DNA of 64,000 nt from Basidiobolus meristosporus CBS 931.73 (lineage: Eukaryota; Fungi; Basidiobolomycota), in the NCBI GenBank assembly GCA_002104905.1, contig MCFE01000511.1, forward strand, positions 784 through 64,783. The letters are read 5' to 3'. The notes beneath the pieces are model-generated. The model had not been told where the DNA came from. It was given only the letters and a program-made list of their open reading frames with translations, and searched no databases. The position numbers and the translations under genes were made by a program. Below are positions 24,450-37,749 of the stretch, piece after piece; positions within the stretch are counted from its first letter, which is position 1; each line of letters begins with the position of its first letter.

Positions 24450-27400
24450 TCACCGGGACTTTTCAGAAATGAGAATTAGCGCCCGTTTTCAGCCGTGAAT
24501 TTGCATTTGACATAAAGACCATCACACACACCATCCTGGGTGGAGGATGAGGCCTAGCTTGTGGCTCGCAAGATGTTAGGGGCAATACAACACTGATGGA
24601 CCCCGTGATCCGGAGCACTTCGATCGAAGGAATGCCCGCTGGAGCCGTTAAGATCGAAGAGGAACAAGTGGGATGCGCACACCGGTCGAGGTCGACATGC
24701 CGCGAAACCTCCCCACTCTGGTGGGAGCGCACCAATCAGGATCACCCACATTCGCGGGGAATCTCTGGATCCCCGCCAGCAGAGTAGAGCCTGGAACTGG
24801 CCAAGGTGTGCATGGGAAGTCCGATCAGAATGTGGGACGTGGTTTGGCCGAGAGAGGTGAAGTATGTTCATATGACAACGCTCCTCCCTTGGTCTCGGTT
24901 AACTCATTGCCAGGTGAAGCACTCCCCCCCCTCAACTGATTCCGAAAGGTTCCGGCTGGTGGATGGTGGATGGTGGTACCAGCATCTCTCAGCTTCCAGA
25001 GACAACTCTCCAAAACGGTGACCCAAATCGTTGGCAGCTTTCGAGTCAACCAGGAACTCCCTCCCCCCGCTACCCCACCGGGTAGATCAGGGCTGTATCG
25101 ATTCGCATCCAAAGCTTCATGTTCATCCGCCGGATTTGTACATCATCTAGGTGGGGAACCAGTTTTGCTCACCACCACCGTTGGGAAGCGGCCGCCGTAG
25201 AATGGGGAACCGGTGGGGGAGGGGGTGGACTCTCTACACCGGTTCGGACAGATTGTCTTCGTTGATCATTCGCCCATTGGATAGGCGTGAGGACCTGGTG
25301 GAATGCTCCACACGTCCAAACACCCATCCACCTGACATCACACCCAACCCAAAAGCTTAACCGGATTCACCGGATCATGGTGACCGCATTCACAACAGGC
25401 ATCGAAATAGCAAAGGGTTGTAGCGGCCCACCGAGACGAAACGCATGGGTCCGAGGTCACCCGACCAGCCACTCAAAGGACAGTTCCATCCTGGCGACCC
25501 ATTCGATGCTTCGAACCAAGCCCGCCTCCTCCGGCTCCTAGGGTAGCCGCCTTGGGTCATTCCAATTTCCTCCTTTGGATGGAGGGAGGGGGTGAGAGTG
25601 ACAGGGCCGGGATTCATTCATTGGGTAGGGTATCTAAGGTGGATCCCACCTAGAACCCGCGATTCCATGCCCCAACAATGGGTTGGCGTGAGGTGAACGC
25701 CGATGCCAATGCTAATTTGGGACAGGCCACGGGCTGCCCACCTCCGGATCATTCCAAGCCAGAAAGATCCCTTCACCGCATCCCTCTGTCCTCCACGGTC
25801 CCACCATGGCCCACCTCAGCAGGAGAATCCACGGGTTGGTTCAGGTAGCCCCACATGGAGAAAGGAACCGCGCACCGGGGACCGGCATCTTGATCAGGCG
25901 AGATGGATGGTCCAGTTGTGACCCGATCCAGCGTGCGACAGGATCTCATCTCTGAATCCCTCATCCGGACAGCCTTTGGCATCCAGTCGATGAATACGCT
26001 GAAGCGAGGGGAAGTCTTCCGAGAGGAAGGGATGTCCCCCCCCCCATATCGTGCACCTGACTCGCCCTTGTCGTACCTACCTCCTTGTGTGGGATGGATG
26101 TTGTGGAGTGGCCAACCTGGTCAAAATACGAACCCCTCGGACGGTTGGACACCGACGGATCCCCTGGGGCCTCCTTCCATCCCCAGGTCTCCTCACCAGT
26201 CGAACGATTTCCTGGCGCTTGGAGATAGGCATGGGGTTGCCAACGATGTAGCAACACTCCTCCGCTTGGCCTGCCGTAGATGATCTCCCATGCTACTTAG
26301 GGTGGTCGGCTGGGGGTAATGGACGCCAACGTGCGGTGATGAAATACCGCTTACTTGGGATGCGACGACCAAGGGATCAGAGACCGGGTGCACTCACGAT
26401 GTAAGGGAGCACACGTTAGTGTATACAGCGACCCAGAGTCGTTTCCTGGATGCAACATCTCTAGCCGGCACGACGGGGCTCTCTGCCCGATGAAGCTTGG
26501 TGGGAACACCTGACGGAGCTGGGTATGGGCTTCGGATGGGCGGATGTCGGTTCCCTTGGGTCCCAACCGGCAAAGGGTTCCTGGTTGGTTTGGATGGGGT
26601 TCAATCGAGACCATTCGTGACAAAGGTGGGGAGCGTCACCTCGGTAGGGGGAGGGTGTTCCTGCGAATTCATCGGCCAAGCTACCCACCCGAAAGCCCAC
26701 TGCTTTGGATCCCACCTAAGGTCGTGAATGTCGCTCAGGTGCTTGGGTGGACGTAGGCGTGGACCCACGGCGACCAATCCTTTGAACCAGGTGGGGGTGG
26801 ACCTGTATGGTGGTAACCACCTGATCCAACTCAATTGGACAACTTGGGGATTTGGCATCGGCACTGATAAAATCATCCTCGCCCATGGAGAATCTTCAGC
26901 TCGGGCCAAACATAGCGAACCTTAATAGATGGAGCCAGCCGATTTCGTGCAAATCGATCTTGTCACTCACCATGTGACCCCCCCCCAAGGACGCAGTCAG
27001 CTGGAGCGATCGTGTATGGGTCGAGCAGGATGCCGCCCTCCGATGAATTCAAGGGTTGGTGGCGGGGAAGGGGAAGGGGAAAAGAAAAAGGAAGGACACG
27101 GACAAGGGAAAACCTATGTTGGACCCGGGTGGACGAGCCGTGAATTGGATCCTGGGCGGAGGAGGAGGAAAGATGCCGAGACTGAGCTGGGACCTCATCC
27201 CAGGCCACAAATAGCGAGCAACAAGCAGAGGGGAGGGGGAATCTACGGTTATGGAATTATCCACCAATGCAGCGAGGCGAGAATACGGACACGATGGGAT
27301 AACGGTAGCTTCTAGCGCACTGTGGCCGTGGCCAATGGGAAGACAAGATGAACTAGATAGCTGATTACCTCGATCCTCGACTTTCCCGATCCCAACTGGA

Positions 27401-28300
27401 AGGGGGATCCCCCGGATCCTCCACCGGATATGGTAGTTCGTGCAAACGGTCCTCTGGTACGAATTCCTACTAGTGGCCACACCGGTCGACCAAGACACGA
27501 TTGGTTCATTGGGATCTGGTGATAGTGTAAACCAGATCAGTGGTAAATTGGTTGCCAACATGGTGGCTGTATTATTGCTATATCATTGGGGTGGTCTCAC
27601 CGGCAATTCCACCCATCTCCACTGGGTGGGTATGAGAAATGACATAGGTCAGGGATCTGGTTCTGGTTTATTTACAGTTACAGTTACAGGTACAAGCACA
27701 GTCACAGGCACAGGCACAGGCACAGCTATGGATGTAGGTATGGTCATGGAGGTGGACATAGCTAAGGATGTGAGGACGGGGGCAAGCGTGATTAGGAACT
27801 GTGAAGTGGGTTCGGTTCCTAATGCCCGAAAGGAAGATGAGGCTGGTGCCTTGGCTGAGACAGGATCCGGATTAGCATGGAGGGCACGCATAGACATATG
27901 GGGACCCAATCCTGATTTAAGTCAACAATCGCGGTATGAACCAATGGTGTGGTGAGGTAAGGCATTTTGGCGTGATCAAGACATCGATTTTCTGGACCCA
28001 ATTCTTGGTACGGACTGGCCATAGGCTCGCTGACTGCCCACCGGTCAGACAAGCATCCCCACCACGGCGAATCGAATGGTTTCTGCTGACCAATCCTACC
28101 GATTCGGTCTCCCACGATCCGCATCTCCCTCACTCTCCTGGCTACCAACCGCCCCGGTGGAGACTGGGGGCACGGATGACGTCAAGGCTCCAAATGAAAC
28201 TCCCCGACACATCCGGATCACCAACCATTCGACTCGCCAGCATCACTCATCGTGACCAAGCAGATCCCTGTAGTCACCAAAAGGCACGGGAGACGGGCAG
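24450..28300 (-). mobile_element. Putative DIRS/Ngaro-like tyrosine-recombinase retroelement relic
   Basis: Heavily frameshifted motif traces in DIRS order: VCTNY...CLPIGHGHSALE (gag Zn-like), PYIVSAPGL and SLPLGR (RT), YFDAC, EDN, WFPT/NPAD (RNase H, ~25125-25161), SRDSPR..ILIG and SGHSF (YR, ~24626-24640). Weak evidence; needs an HMM test. Confidence 0.4.
27674..27727. repeat. Degenerate hexamer tandem repeat (ACAGKY-like)
   Basis: acagttacagttacaggtacaagcacagtcacaggcacaggcacaggcacagct. Confidence 0.8.
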
Positions 28301-29384
28301 TGGTGATTGGAGGGCAAGGTCAGCCCAGAAACGATCTCGCTCCCCTGCTACGGGGATCAGATGACTAGATCCGAATGGGAAGGTTTTGGCTAGGGAGAGA
28401 CATCGGAAAAGACAAGGCTTGGGTGAGTACAGCTCAGGCAGGAATCCCCCTCAGGACCGTTGTGCTTCGTGAGCACACCAATCAACACCCCCCACTTCTC
28501 GGATGGAGACCAATCTGGTGTTCAGTTCGGCAAGCCCATCGGAGAATCTCCCCCGAGTTAGTCCGCTGATTGGGTCGAGTGGAATCGTGTGGATTGCATC
28601 CAGTTAACCTAATTCCATGTCAAGGATTTTCAACTCATTTGCCCCCGTCCGTTCGTTCAGACGGCAGCCGGCACCATGAGGGTGGTGCGGTTGGGCTACA
28701 GCACTATGGCTCAGCAGCTTCATGACTTGATTTCTCGCTCATCTCCTTCACAGCTGGTGGTTAGGTTTGCTGTGCCGGACGTGCTGATTCGACGACCAGC
28801 AAACCGGAGAGTGGTATCATTTCCGTGGTGCTACATACGTGCATGGAGGGGGAAAGATTGACTACAGAGGTGGCGACCATATTTGGCCATCGATGCGGTG
28901 TAATGAATCCAGAACCTTACTCATGATTTCAGGTTGAATCCCATAGGGTCTGAACTGAACCCTAATCTCTCGATGCGACCGGCATAAAAGGGAATGGTGA
29001 GTGGAGCGCAGGGTAGGGTTAGGTTGGATGGGGGTGAGAATGAAGAAATCCCTCACGGTTGTTTGGAAGCATGCGTCATGTGAACGTTGCGGCAGAATTG
29101 CCCGGCTACCACCAACCAATGTCAGGTTCACACACTAATTTCGTACCATACATGGATGGTCAAACCCAACCGGTAAGCCATTTAATACTAGACAAATACA
29201 AAACGTGGGCACATGAGGCAACGGTATGGGGAGATTTCGCTCTATGGGTGGGTTCCAACACATTGATGGTGAATATTACGATGATGTTGGGGGGAGGAGA
29301 ATGACGGAGGGGTTGATGCTGAGATGGATGAAAGCTACATTCATAATATTACATTACAGTGGGTCACGATACAAAACATATCAA

Positions 29385-31416
29385 TCATTGGAATTGGTTG
29401 AATCTATTGGCGTGGTTTCCGGGACGGGATGTTGGAACCGGTGTGCTCGGTGGCTGCGGTGGCAGATTCATGAGCGAGCTGATGTTGGGCAGCCGATGCA
29501 TAGATGGATTCGTATTGGGTCCCGGGCTTGGTGGGTGATAGTAGTGAGGATGATCTGATAGTGTAGGCGGCTGATATGTTGACGACTGTGTTGAAGCAGG
29601 ATGGTTATCTGACCACCTGGCTTGAGGAGTTCCTGGGAAGTGTGGCCTATGCACGCTCTCGTACTGTTTATCGCTAGCCTTGTTACCCGGCAGATAGGAA
29701 TGAGGCGGCTGTGATGACCGGTGTGTGTCGTACTCGCCAGCGATGAGAGTGCGTGTGGGAATCGGGGCTGGATAGGAGCTGTTCTGAGGGGAAAGGAGAT
29801 TCTGGATGGACAGCACGGAATCGCTGTTGGAGCGCAGCGCTGGGACAGGGGATCTTCTTGCTCTTTCGTTGAATAGGTGATTAGACCCAATGGACTTCTC
29901 GGAATCGGGGGTATTTCGAAAACTTGGGATGTATGTTGACGGAGACTCGTGTTTGAGATCCGACGAATGCTGCCAGTGAGGACGTGTGGGGGTGCTGGGT
30001 TTGGAATACAGTGGAGTGTACGGGTCAAGATGTGTGGGGAATGAGCTTCTGTTGGGCCCCTTGGTATCTAAGTAAGCCGGGCGCTCAGGCGAATGGGATG
30101 GTGGGAATGGCCCAGGATAGTATCCAGGTTGATAGTGACTACTTTCTGTCGACGGGTGAGCTGAGTTCTCTGCCGACCTCCTTTTGACGGGTTTGTAGTA
30201 TTCTTGGTCCTCCGAAGAGCGTTTTCGTCGGTCCTCCGCCTCGATATGATCATCCTCCGAAGATCCAGAACCCCCGGACTCCTTCTGCCCATTCCCCGGG
30301 GCCTTGATGCTTGGGGGACTCTTGCTCTCAAACTTCAGGGTGTCGCGCTCCGAGGGGGAGCCTGCACTGTCTTTCCACTTGCTTCCTCGTCTAAAGAAGG
30401 GCCGTTCAATAGATGGGCCGAGATGGATTATGCAAGATGACATATACCTTCGTATTTCCTTACGAATGCGTATTTTCAATCCTTGATCCGCAAATGAACG
30501 TGATAATGGCGTGGATTCTGCCCAGTGAAAAAAACGGATCAGTACATGAGCATCGAGGGAGAAGCGACCAAAATGAGCGGATACCTTCCATTCCGGGAAA
30601 ACGCTTAGCCGAATATACCGTAAATGTATCAGAGCATATGGAGCTGCAGTAGAAGACCTCCATCCTACAAATCCACCGTACATTAGTTTCCGGGAAGGGG
30701 AAGCACCACGCGAGTGGGCGGTATTGGGGGGCTGCACCTACCCAACGATCTCAAACAGGGTAAATTTCAATCGATATTTCCCCTCCATGCGAACCGATAG
30801 GTCGGGAAAGACGAAGAACCCGCCGTCCGAATTATCCTCGTCCTTCAAGTGATACAGGGAAGAGACGAGCGAGCCGGTGGTGGAGCGTGTTTTGCCATCC
30901 TGAAGCAAATGCATCTCGTCGTCGGAATCGGCCAGCATTAGAGACGCGTACATGAAGTAATAAGGGTTGTAGAGGAAGGTTCTATCCAAAAGAGATACGA
31001 AGTTTGAGCACATGGGCGAAACCCTTTCCGCCGTACCAGAAACCCCCACTTACGTTTTGTCCAGCTTCATGGAAATGTCCGACACCCTGAGTTGAATGAT
31101 TGGAGGTGGGTCGATAGGGCGTCTGTCGGCTAAGGACGAGCGGTTACGAGAAGCAGGGAGAAAGATTAGTCCTCTGTTGAGCAGACAACTGCGGCTCCGC
31201 TATACCTTACCCTTTTCACCTATACCACACATGCGGGATTGCTTCGGCTGTTGTCTCAAAGTAAGATCAAAAATCCTTGAAAAGAAAGCACCGCATTAGG
31301 TGTGCTCCTTTGTAGTGACAATAAGGGAGGGAGGGAGGAGAGGCTACTTACAATTCATGTCGCGAATGCCGTTTTTGATGTACTTGTGCAAATTGGTACG
31401 AGAGACTTTCGTCCAT
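29385..31416 (-). CDS. Velvet-domain transcription factor (VosA/VelC-like), multi-exon
   Basis: Spliced velvet domain: [116 protein letters not shown]; GT-AG introns; Pro/Ser-rich C terminus; inferred ATG at 31416. Confidence 0.92.
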
Positions 31417-32229
31417 ATCCAGAAGTAATACAGATAGGAGGCAGAAATATCAAACGGGCTAGCTAGCTACGAGAATGGTGGCGGGCAGTAATATGGTTCA
31501 AGGAAATGATGTATCTTCTCTCGCACCCAAGGCTGGACCTGAAGTAAAGAGATGTTTGGGGAAGGAAATTCGGGCAATGGTCAAGTAGTGCAGAATCGAA
31601 TTAAAATGCGGATGACTCAGGGTAGAGGTTTGGCAGAGCTTCGGTGGGCCACTTTGAAGAACAAGGTACAAATATAATCACCCGCGAAGTATTTACCTAT
31701 TTATTACAACGCGCTCGAGATGTTCATGTAATTCAATCAACTGAGTAACCTCAATACAGGCCCAGAGGAAGTGGGGTGTCTCAAGATCAATAAGTATATG
31801 TATATCAACGTGTATATATACGTACTCGCATATATATGTATCAGTGATTACTGTCGTCGCTGGCTTGCCAATTCCAGCAAATCCCATTAAATTGCTCTCT
31901 CATTAGTGGGTGCTCAGCCAATCCGATTATGGCAGCCATCAAGGTTCTTAACAAATTTTCCGCGAGAGACAGAATCTTGACTGATGCTATATAGAGAGAC
32001 CGAATCTTGCCTGATGCCATATTGGGGCAGCAAATCCATTTATGGCCGTTGCAGGGAACGAGTGGACATATACAAGGCCGTATTGTCCAACAAATATATA
32101 TATACATGGGATATCGCTATCCGCCCTCGACGGGGTGGAGGGAAATGTCGCTGTGTTTGGAAATCCATGCTTGATCTAGAATAGAACCCTTTCTTCGTAT
32201 AGCCTATTTAGAGTTTAGCTGCTTAATCA

Positions 32230-32268
32230 GCGGTTTACGGTTTACGGTTTGCGGTTTTGCGGTTTTGC
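32230..32268. repeat. Five tandem CGGTTT(T)R units in the velvet/MMADHC divergent intergenic region
   Basis: gcggtttacggtttacggtttgcggttttgcggttttgc. Confidence 0.8.
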
Positions 32269-33329
32269 AAACGACTCCCGATTTGGGCCAAGTAGGTTAC
32301 GTTTGTTCGTGATCTAATTCATCGACAATAGATGACTCACCGAATGATTCCTGGTCTGTGGACACAGTGCTCAAGTCACAGTAATACACTGATCATCTTG
32401 CATGTTGAAAGCCCAACAGATCGGTTCTATTCAACCAGCAGCAGGGGCTCGACATGATTGTAAGCTTAACGAGGGGACAATCACGATGTAAGCGAGATTC
32501 CCTGGTGCTTTCCATTGACACGCCAAGATAAACCGGCTTGAGTGCAACATTGAATAAACCAATTATCTTGAGACACACTTCATGTTTCCCCCTATATATA
32601 TCCATCTCCTGTAAGCAGTTTAATCTAACTGGCTTCAGTTACTTTGTACTATGATGCAGTTTGGCTCATTCTGATATTTTCAGCTGGATGCTGCTACACA
32701 ATCCATTTCTTTTAACTATGACTTGCATATTATCATACTTTTCCCTTTTCCTGGTTGCTAATAGAGCAATCTCTATTATCCTGCTATCCCCACCTGATTG
32801 CTGACTAATTAAGGATATTTCACACTGTGAAGTAGTAGGTAATCACACAAGAAATACAGGCTTGGATTATGGTTGATTAGCATATCAATGCAGACATGTG
32901 AATCAGGAGAATGTTGCAAATCCACTCATGTGTATTTTTTGCTATATTTGTGGTGAGCTGCAACCTGCAACTAATATAAACTAGCCAATGCACCTGCTTT
33001 TCTCCGTTGGTGGTATGGTAGTTAGTTACTCGAAAACCCCAACACCTGAAAGTGTGGAGTCAAGATTGAATTAGTGTTGGTCACAATACAAAGAAGGGTC
33101 AACAATTCATTTGTAGCAAAAGAGAAGCCTGGGGATCGTGATTTGAACCCCCTTATCCACTTCACCTGCAAAGATCATTCAGATTAGGCAATTGACTCAT
33201 CCTCCTTCATCTCATCAGGGAGAGCAAATTTTCATTGGCCACCGAGGGATAGACATTCCAATAAATAGGTTCATCCAGCCTTCAGGGGGGCTGACTGCTA
33301 TTTCTTGCAACTGAGCCGTATTCTCGAGA

Positions 33330-34011
33330 ATGCAACCAGTTTGTCTATCTTCAACTTCGACCGAGCCACCTCACACCAAACAGGGCTTCAAGAGTGTTCG
33401 TAAACCTAGGGTGGAGCCATTAATCCCCTCGACACAACGCACTTTCACCCACGAGGCCACCAAGTTGCCATACGTACTGGAATATTCGGCTCATGCTTGC
33501 ACCAAACGCTTCCTGCGAGAACTAGCCTTCGTGTTCCCCTCCGTCAACACGGAGGGTTGTTTGATCGTGCCTACCTTCCAACCTTGCCAGTACGACCTAG
33601 TTGCGGTCGGAGACGACGTTGCTAAAGAGAAGGATGACAAACTAGAGAGCGTGAGTACACCGTGCCCCTTGACCCCAACTTGGCTCTGTTCGCTGATGGG
33701 TTTTTTTCACCGTTATGTAGTTCTACGATTGGGCCAACAGGGTGTGCAAGCATCTGCACAGTAAAGGATACTGGGCAGATTTCACCGACCCCGCCTCTGG
33801 GTACCCAATCTTTTCCGAGCGTGGCCCCTCTTACTATCCGGATGTGATAGGGGCGGAGCTGTTCCTGAAGTACGAATTGGTGAACACAGGCTGTTGCCAG
33901 ATCATGTACCATCCGGTGTACGGCACCAAATCCTATCCCGCCACCATGTTCACCACCGCCCCGGCCTCCGAACTCGCGGCGGCCATCGAAAGGATTTCCC
34001 TTCGTGACTGA
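33330..34011 (+). CDS. MMADHC: MMADHC/cblD-like cobalamin trafficking protein (2 exons, intron 33651-33720)
   Basis: EYSAHAC...RELAFVFP...IVPTFQPCQYDLV...EKDDKLES|FYDWANRVCKHLHSKGYWADFTDPASGYP...GCCQIMYHPVYGTKSYPATMFTTAP matches the conserved MMADHC domain. Confidence 0.88.
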
Positions 34012-34490
34012 GCGTCCCATCCGACGCTAGCCTATTGTTTGTTTTTTCACGCATCATGGAAACCGAGCCACCTCTTTTCACGGACATTGTTATTTCAGTT
34101 GATTTATGGACACTTTCATCACTTATCTCATATCGGTTTGTTTGTTTGGCCTCGAGCCTATCGGAGTGGGGCGTGGATTAGATGGATAAGCACTCGCCCA
34201 CCTGATCAATAAATGCCCCAAGATTAGATTTGATCTAGATGGTTACACCGTTCTGCTACACGGTGATTTTATTAGGTGGGATAGCGTACTACTTATGCAC
34301 AACGTCCAGTCGGAGGAAAGGAAATGTGGGCGTGGTTGAACATGGGGAGTAGGGTAGAGGAAATGTACAGGTGATATTGAACAGTGGGAATGGAGCGGCG
34401 GCGGTCAGTCGATAGAATGGGCATTATATCTGACAGCTTGGTGGGGAATGGTGGGTCTATCTCGAGTCCCCCCACGAGAAGTCTGGCGAG

Positions 34491-35840
34491 TTAGGAGTGG
34501 TTCGGCCAGGCGGTGGAGGTCACCCCATGCGAATGTTGATGTTGATACAAGAATTCTGGTTTGGTGTTCGATGGCCCGTGGCTTGATTTGTAGGGAGTGT
34601 TGGAGATGGGAAGGTTGATGGCGTGATCCAGACCAGCCAAGATGCTTGACGTGCGAGACAACAGCATGCTGAGATGGGTGATCTCGCGCTGTAGCTCCTG
34701 GCGGTGTGCTTGCAAGTCTTCCCGGGTGAATTGATTAGGCGCGGGATACGAAGGATACTCGCAGCCAGGTGGGAACCCTTTGGATGATAGGTGCGAAGGA
34801 GGCGAGACGGGCCGCTCTTGACCATTCAGGTGTGGGATCTGGATAGGCGGGAGGGTGGGTCGGGAGCTATCGTAGACGGAAGCCGAGAACGAATCCGAAG
34901 TACGTGGTGAACTTGGAGAAGAGGACGAGTCGGAGCTCTGAATATGTGGAGACAACGAAGCAGAGTGATGGATAGATGGGAGCGAGTGAGCACTATCGGT
35001 AACGAAGGAGGAGTCGATTGATACCCTGCCCGAAGATAAGCCTGAGGATTGGATATCATGGGACCCATCGCAGCAATGGTCGACTCTACGATGCTTGGCG
35101 GCATGCTCATGTTCGCTGGGAGTAGGGGCCGGACAGCAACTATGCTGCGAGTGATGAACTGGCTCAGTGGGATAGCAGTGATCATGATGGCAGCAAGACT
35201 TTCTTCTTTCCCCATGGTCCTCACCACACAGACCAGACGATTTAAGATGAGTGCGGGCGGTTGGATTTCCACTGTGGAAGTTTCTCTTGCGTCTCTTGAT
35301 CACGGAGCGCTTCATGCTTACCGGGCGATGAACTCCGTGCAGCTTGAAGTATAGTCCACAAGCGTTACAGATCGTGGTCCCAGTCTCGTCGCGGCGCCAT
35401 AAAGGGGTGGTGTCGGTGCCACAGTTGCTGCAGATGAGGTTGCTTCGGTTTGCTTGGGTCTGACCAAATGAAGAGCAATCGCCGCAAGGAGGTGTTGGTG
35501 AATTGGATTCACGCTGGGCATCTCCTGCGCAAGGATTTCTCGCACTTTCATCCCCCGAGGATGGTGGGCCAGATTCCTTGGGGGAGGCTCTCTTAAGCCA
35601 TTGGGGGCGAGTAGTGTTTCGAGACTTCATATACAAGCCGCATGCATTACATATAGCATCTCCATTGGCAGCACGTCTCCACAAAGGAGTGGTGGTGGTG
35701 CCGCAATTGGAGCACACTGTGGAAGAGCCACTAGAGCCTCTTCCCTTAGAGCAAAGCTCTTTATTGGTTTCAGTTAAACAGGAAGGCTCGGCCATCTCTT
35801 GTTGAAGGCCAATGCTTGGGTGGTTGTCGTCAGGACTCAT
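34491..35840 (-). CDS. Two-finger GATA transcription factor, SreA/Urbs1/Fep1-like
   Basis: Two [13 protein letters not shown].....ICNACGLY fingers, Cys residues in the linker, [11 protein letters not shown] basic tail, C-terminal coiled coil [22 protein letters not shown]. Confidence 0.9.
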   Translation of the reverse strand: MSPDDNHPSIGLQQEMAEPSCLTETNKELCSKGRGSSGSSTVCSNCGTTTTPLWRRAANGDAICNACGLYMKSRNTTRPQWLKRASPKESGPPSSGDESARNPCAGDAQRESNSPTPPCGDCSSFGQTQANRSNLICSNCGTDTTPLWRRDETGTTICNACGLYFKLHGVHRPVSMKRSVIKRRKRNFHSGNPTARTHLKSSGLCGEDHGERRKSCCHHDHCYPTEPVHHSQHSCCPAPTPSEHEHAAKHRRVDHCCDGSHDIQSSGLSSGRVSIDSSFVTDSAHSLPSIHHSASLSPHIQSSDSSSSPSSPRTSDSFSASVYDSSRPTLPPIQIPHLNGQERPVSPPSHLSSKGFPPGCEYPSYPAPNQFTREDLQAHRQELQREITHLSMLLSRTSSILAGLDHAINLPISNTPYKSSHGPSNTKPEFLYQHQHSHGVTSTAWPNHS

Positions 35841-36500
35841 GGATATCGATTATGAGTCGGGAATTTTTCCGAACAGTTTAATCTCTCTGCGGGATAGAGC
35901 GGCGGTCAGGTGGGCGGAAGGAAGGTACGAATACACGGCGGAGCAATCGGAAGCCAGAGGTTGGTTATGGAAAGATTCAAAGGATGAAGCTTTTATCAAT
36001 AGTGCTCCGTAGCGAAACCCGGCGGTATTTATAAGCATCGTGGCTATCAAAGAATCAGACTCCGGTCTCAAGTTGCTGCGCTGAATGACCATATACGAAC
36101 TAGACATTACCAGTTGGCGCACAAGCATGTGTGGATGCAATTGGATTTCCTCCAAAATGATACGAATCCCATCCATTCCGGTGATGTCTCACTACTTTTC
36201 TTCACTCTATTGTTTAATCAATCCCACCATATATGGACCGCATCCGCTAACCAATAATTACAAATGGTAGCATTCAGAGGATTCTGGGTTATACCGAATC
36301 CCATAGGTTCGCTCGAGATCAAGATGCGATGATTCGTTCGATACCGCACCTGGTGATTGGGTAAATCACATAGACGATCGCCTCTGATAAAACAAACCCC
36401 AAGTGCATCATGAAAAAGGATAATCAGTGGATTGGTCTTCTAGCTCCAGATCTGGGCAAAGATATCCATCTCTATGGTAACATTATTCACGAGGGGTTGG

Positions 36501-36523
36501 GATAAGCAATGATAATCTTATCA
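36501..36523. promoter_or_regulatory. Cluster of GATA sites upstream of the GATA-factor gene
   Basis: GATAAG at 36501 plus palindrome TGATAA-TC-TTATCA at 36510-36523. Confidence 0.4.
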
Positions 36524-37749
36524 CGAAGCTAGAGCAGGAATCAGGATTGGTGCGCGATGGCAGCAGCACTTGCTCCAGGGTGTATGCTGGCTTGCGTTGG
36601 AGAGAACGGTGGGCCGTATCCATCAAGCTGAGAACTTGATGTCATTTCATTCCATCTTTGCATCATGACGCTTCCTAAATGGAGGATTTTTCCTTTCTAC
36701 TTGGTATTAATTGCTCACCCATTTGGTGATCCATGCCGAATATGGTTATCACCAGCAAGGTGATAGATATCCAATTATTCTTTTTTCTCACTTGGCTTAG
36801 AGTTCTGATGAATGCTGCTTATTTGGGACCGAGCAAGCCATTGGCCAGCTCTTTTCATAATGCCACCTCTTTTGGTGCTATTCAAGGACCATCATTATCC
36901 CGATGGTATCTAGGACCAGACTGGCCAAATGTGCCGATTATAACGCTATTTTTACGCGGTAGTGTTGCAACGGGAGGTGACGGGTAAGCAAATAGAGAGC
37001 GGGAATTCATCAGCACCTACCAGGTGGTCTATCTTGCGAATCTGTCTTAGCTGTGGGAAATCAGCCAGCGATAGCAATTTGGGCCATTCGTGGCTTCATG
37101 CAACCTGGTAGCTTACTGGAGGAAAAGGTGGCTGGCAGGGTGGACAGAGCTTGAGTGCCGAGTCAGTAACTCGCACTTCAAGTGTACCTTGCCACCGATC
37201 ATATAGGCTAGATTCTCATCACAGAATGTTTGTCAACAACCTAAGCATGCCAAATACAAACCCAAAATCAGCCTGGGATTCCATCAGGAAGTTCGATATT
37301 TGAACCATTTAGTTAATCTGTTGATTTATAAGTGGGACAACGGAATATGGGGTATTTTCCCAGTCTAGACGGCACTGGTGTCCTCATTTGTTGGTGCCAC
37401 CCAACGTTATCAGTAGATAATCATGGTTCCACGTTTTGGTGGATGAAATTAATGTATATCATTTATCTAATCAGTGGAAGATGGCTTCATTCCGTGGAAT
37501 CTTCAAGTCATGATGGTTACTCCACCATTAATTATTCCCATGTCATCGCGTGACATATTACAGAAAAGTGCTGTGCTGAACATCCTATCACGGCGATGCT
37601 CATGGCAACTGATGACTGTTTTAGGTGGGTTGATTGGCTATCATTTCATACATCGTATAATACACTTTATTGATTTGTAATAGCCTGGGATGAGGATATG
37701 ATGTGATGGGGCTGAGAAGCAGATATAGCTAAGCCTTACTCTTCTTCCT

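Noticed and set aside
24463-29131. Many short ORF-track entries as genes
   Set aside because: No coherent exon structure or recognisable host protein; better explained as fragments of a decayed GC-rich element.
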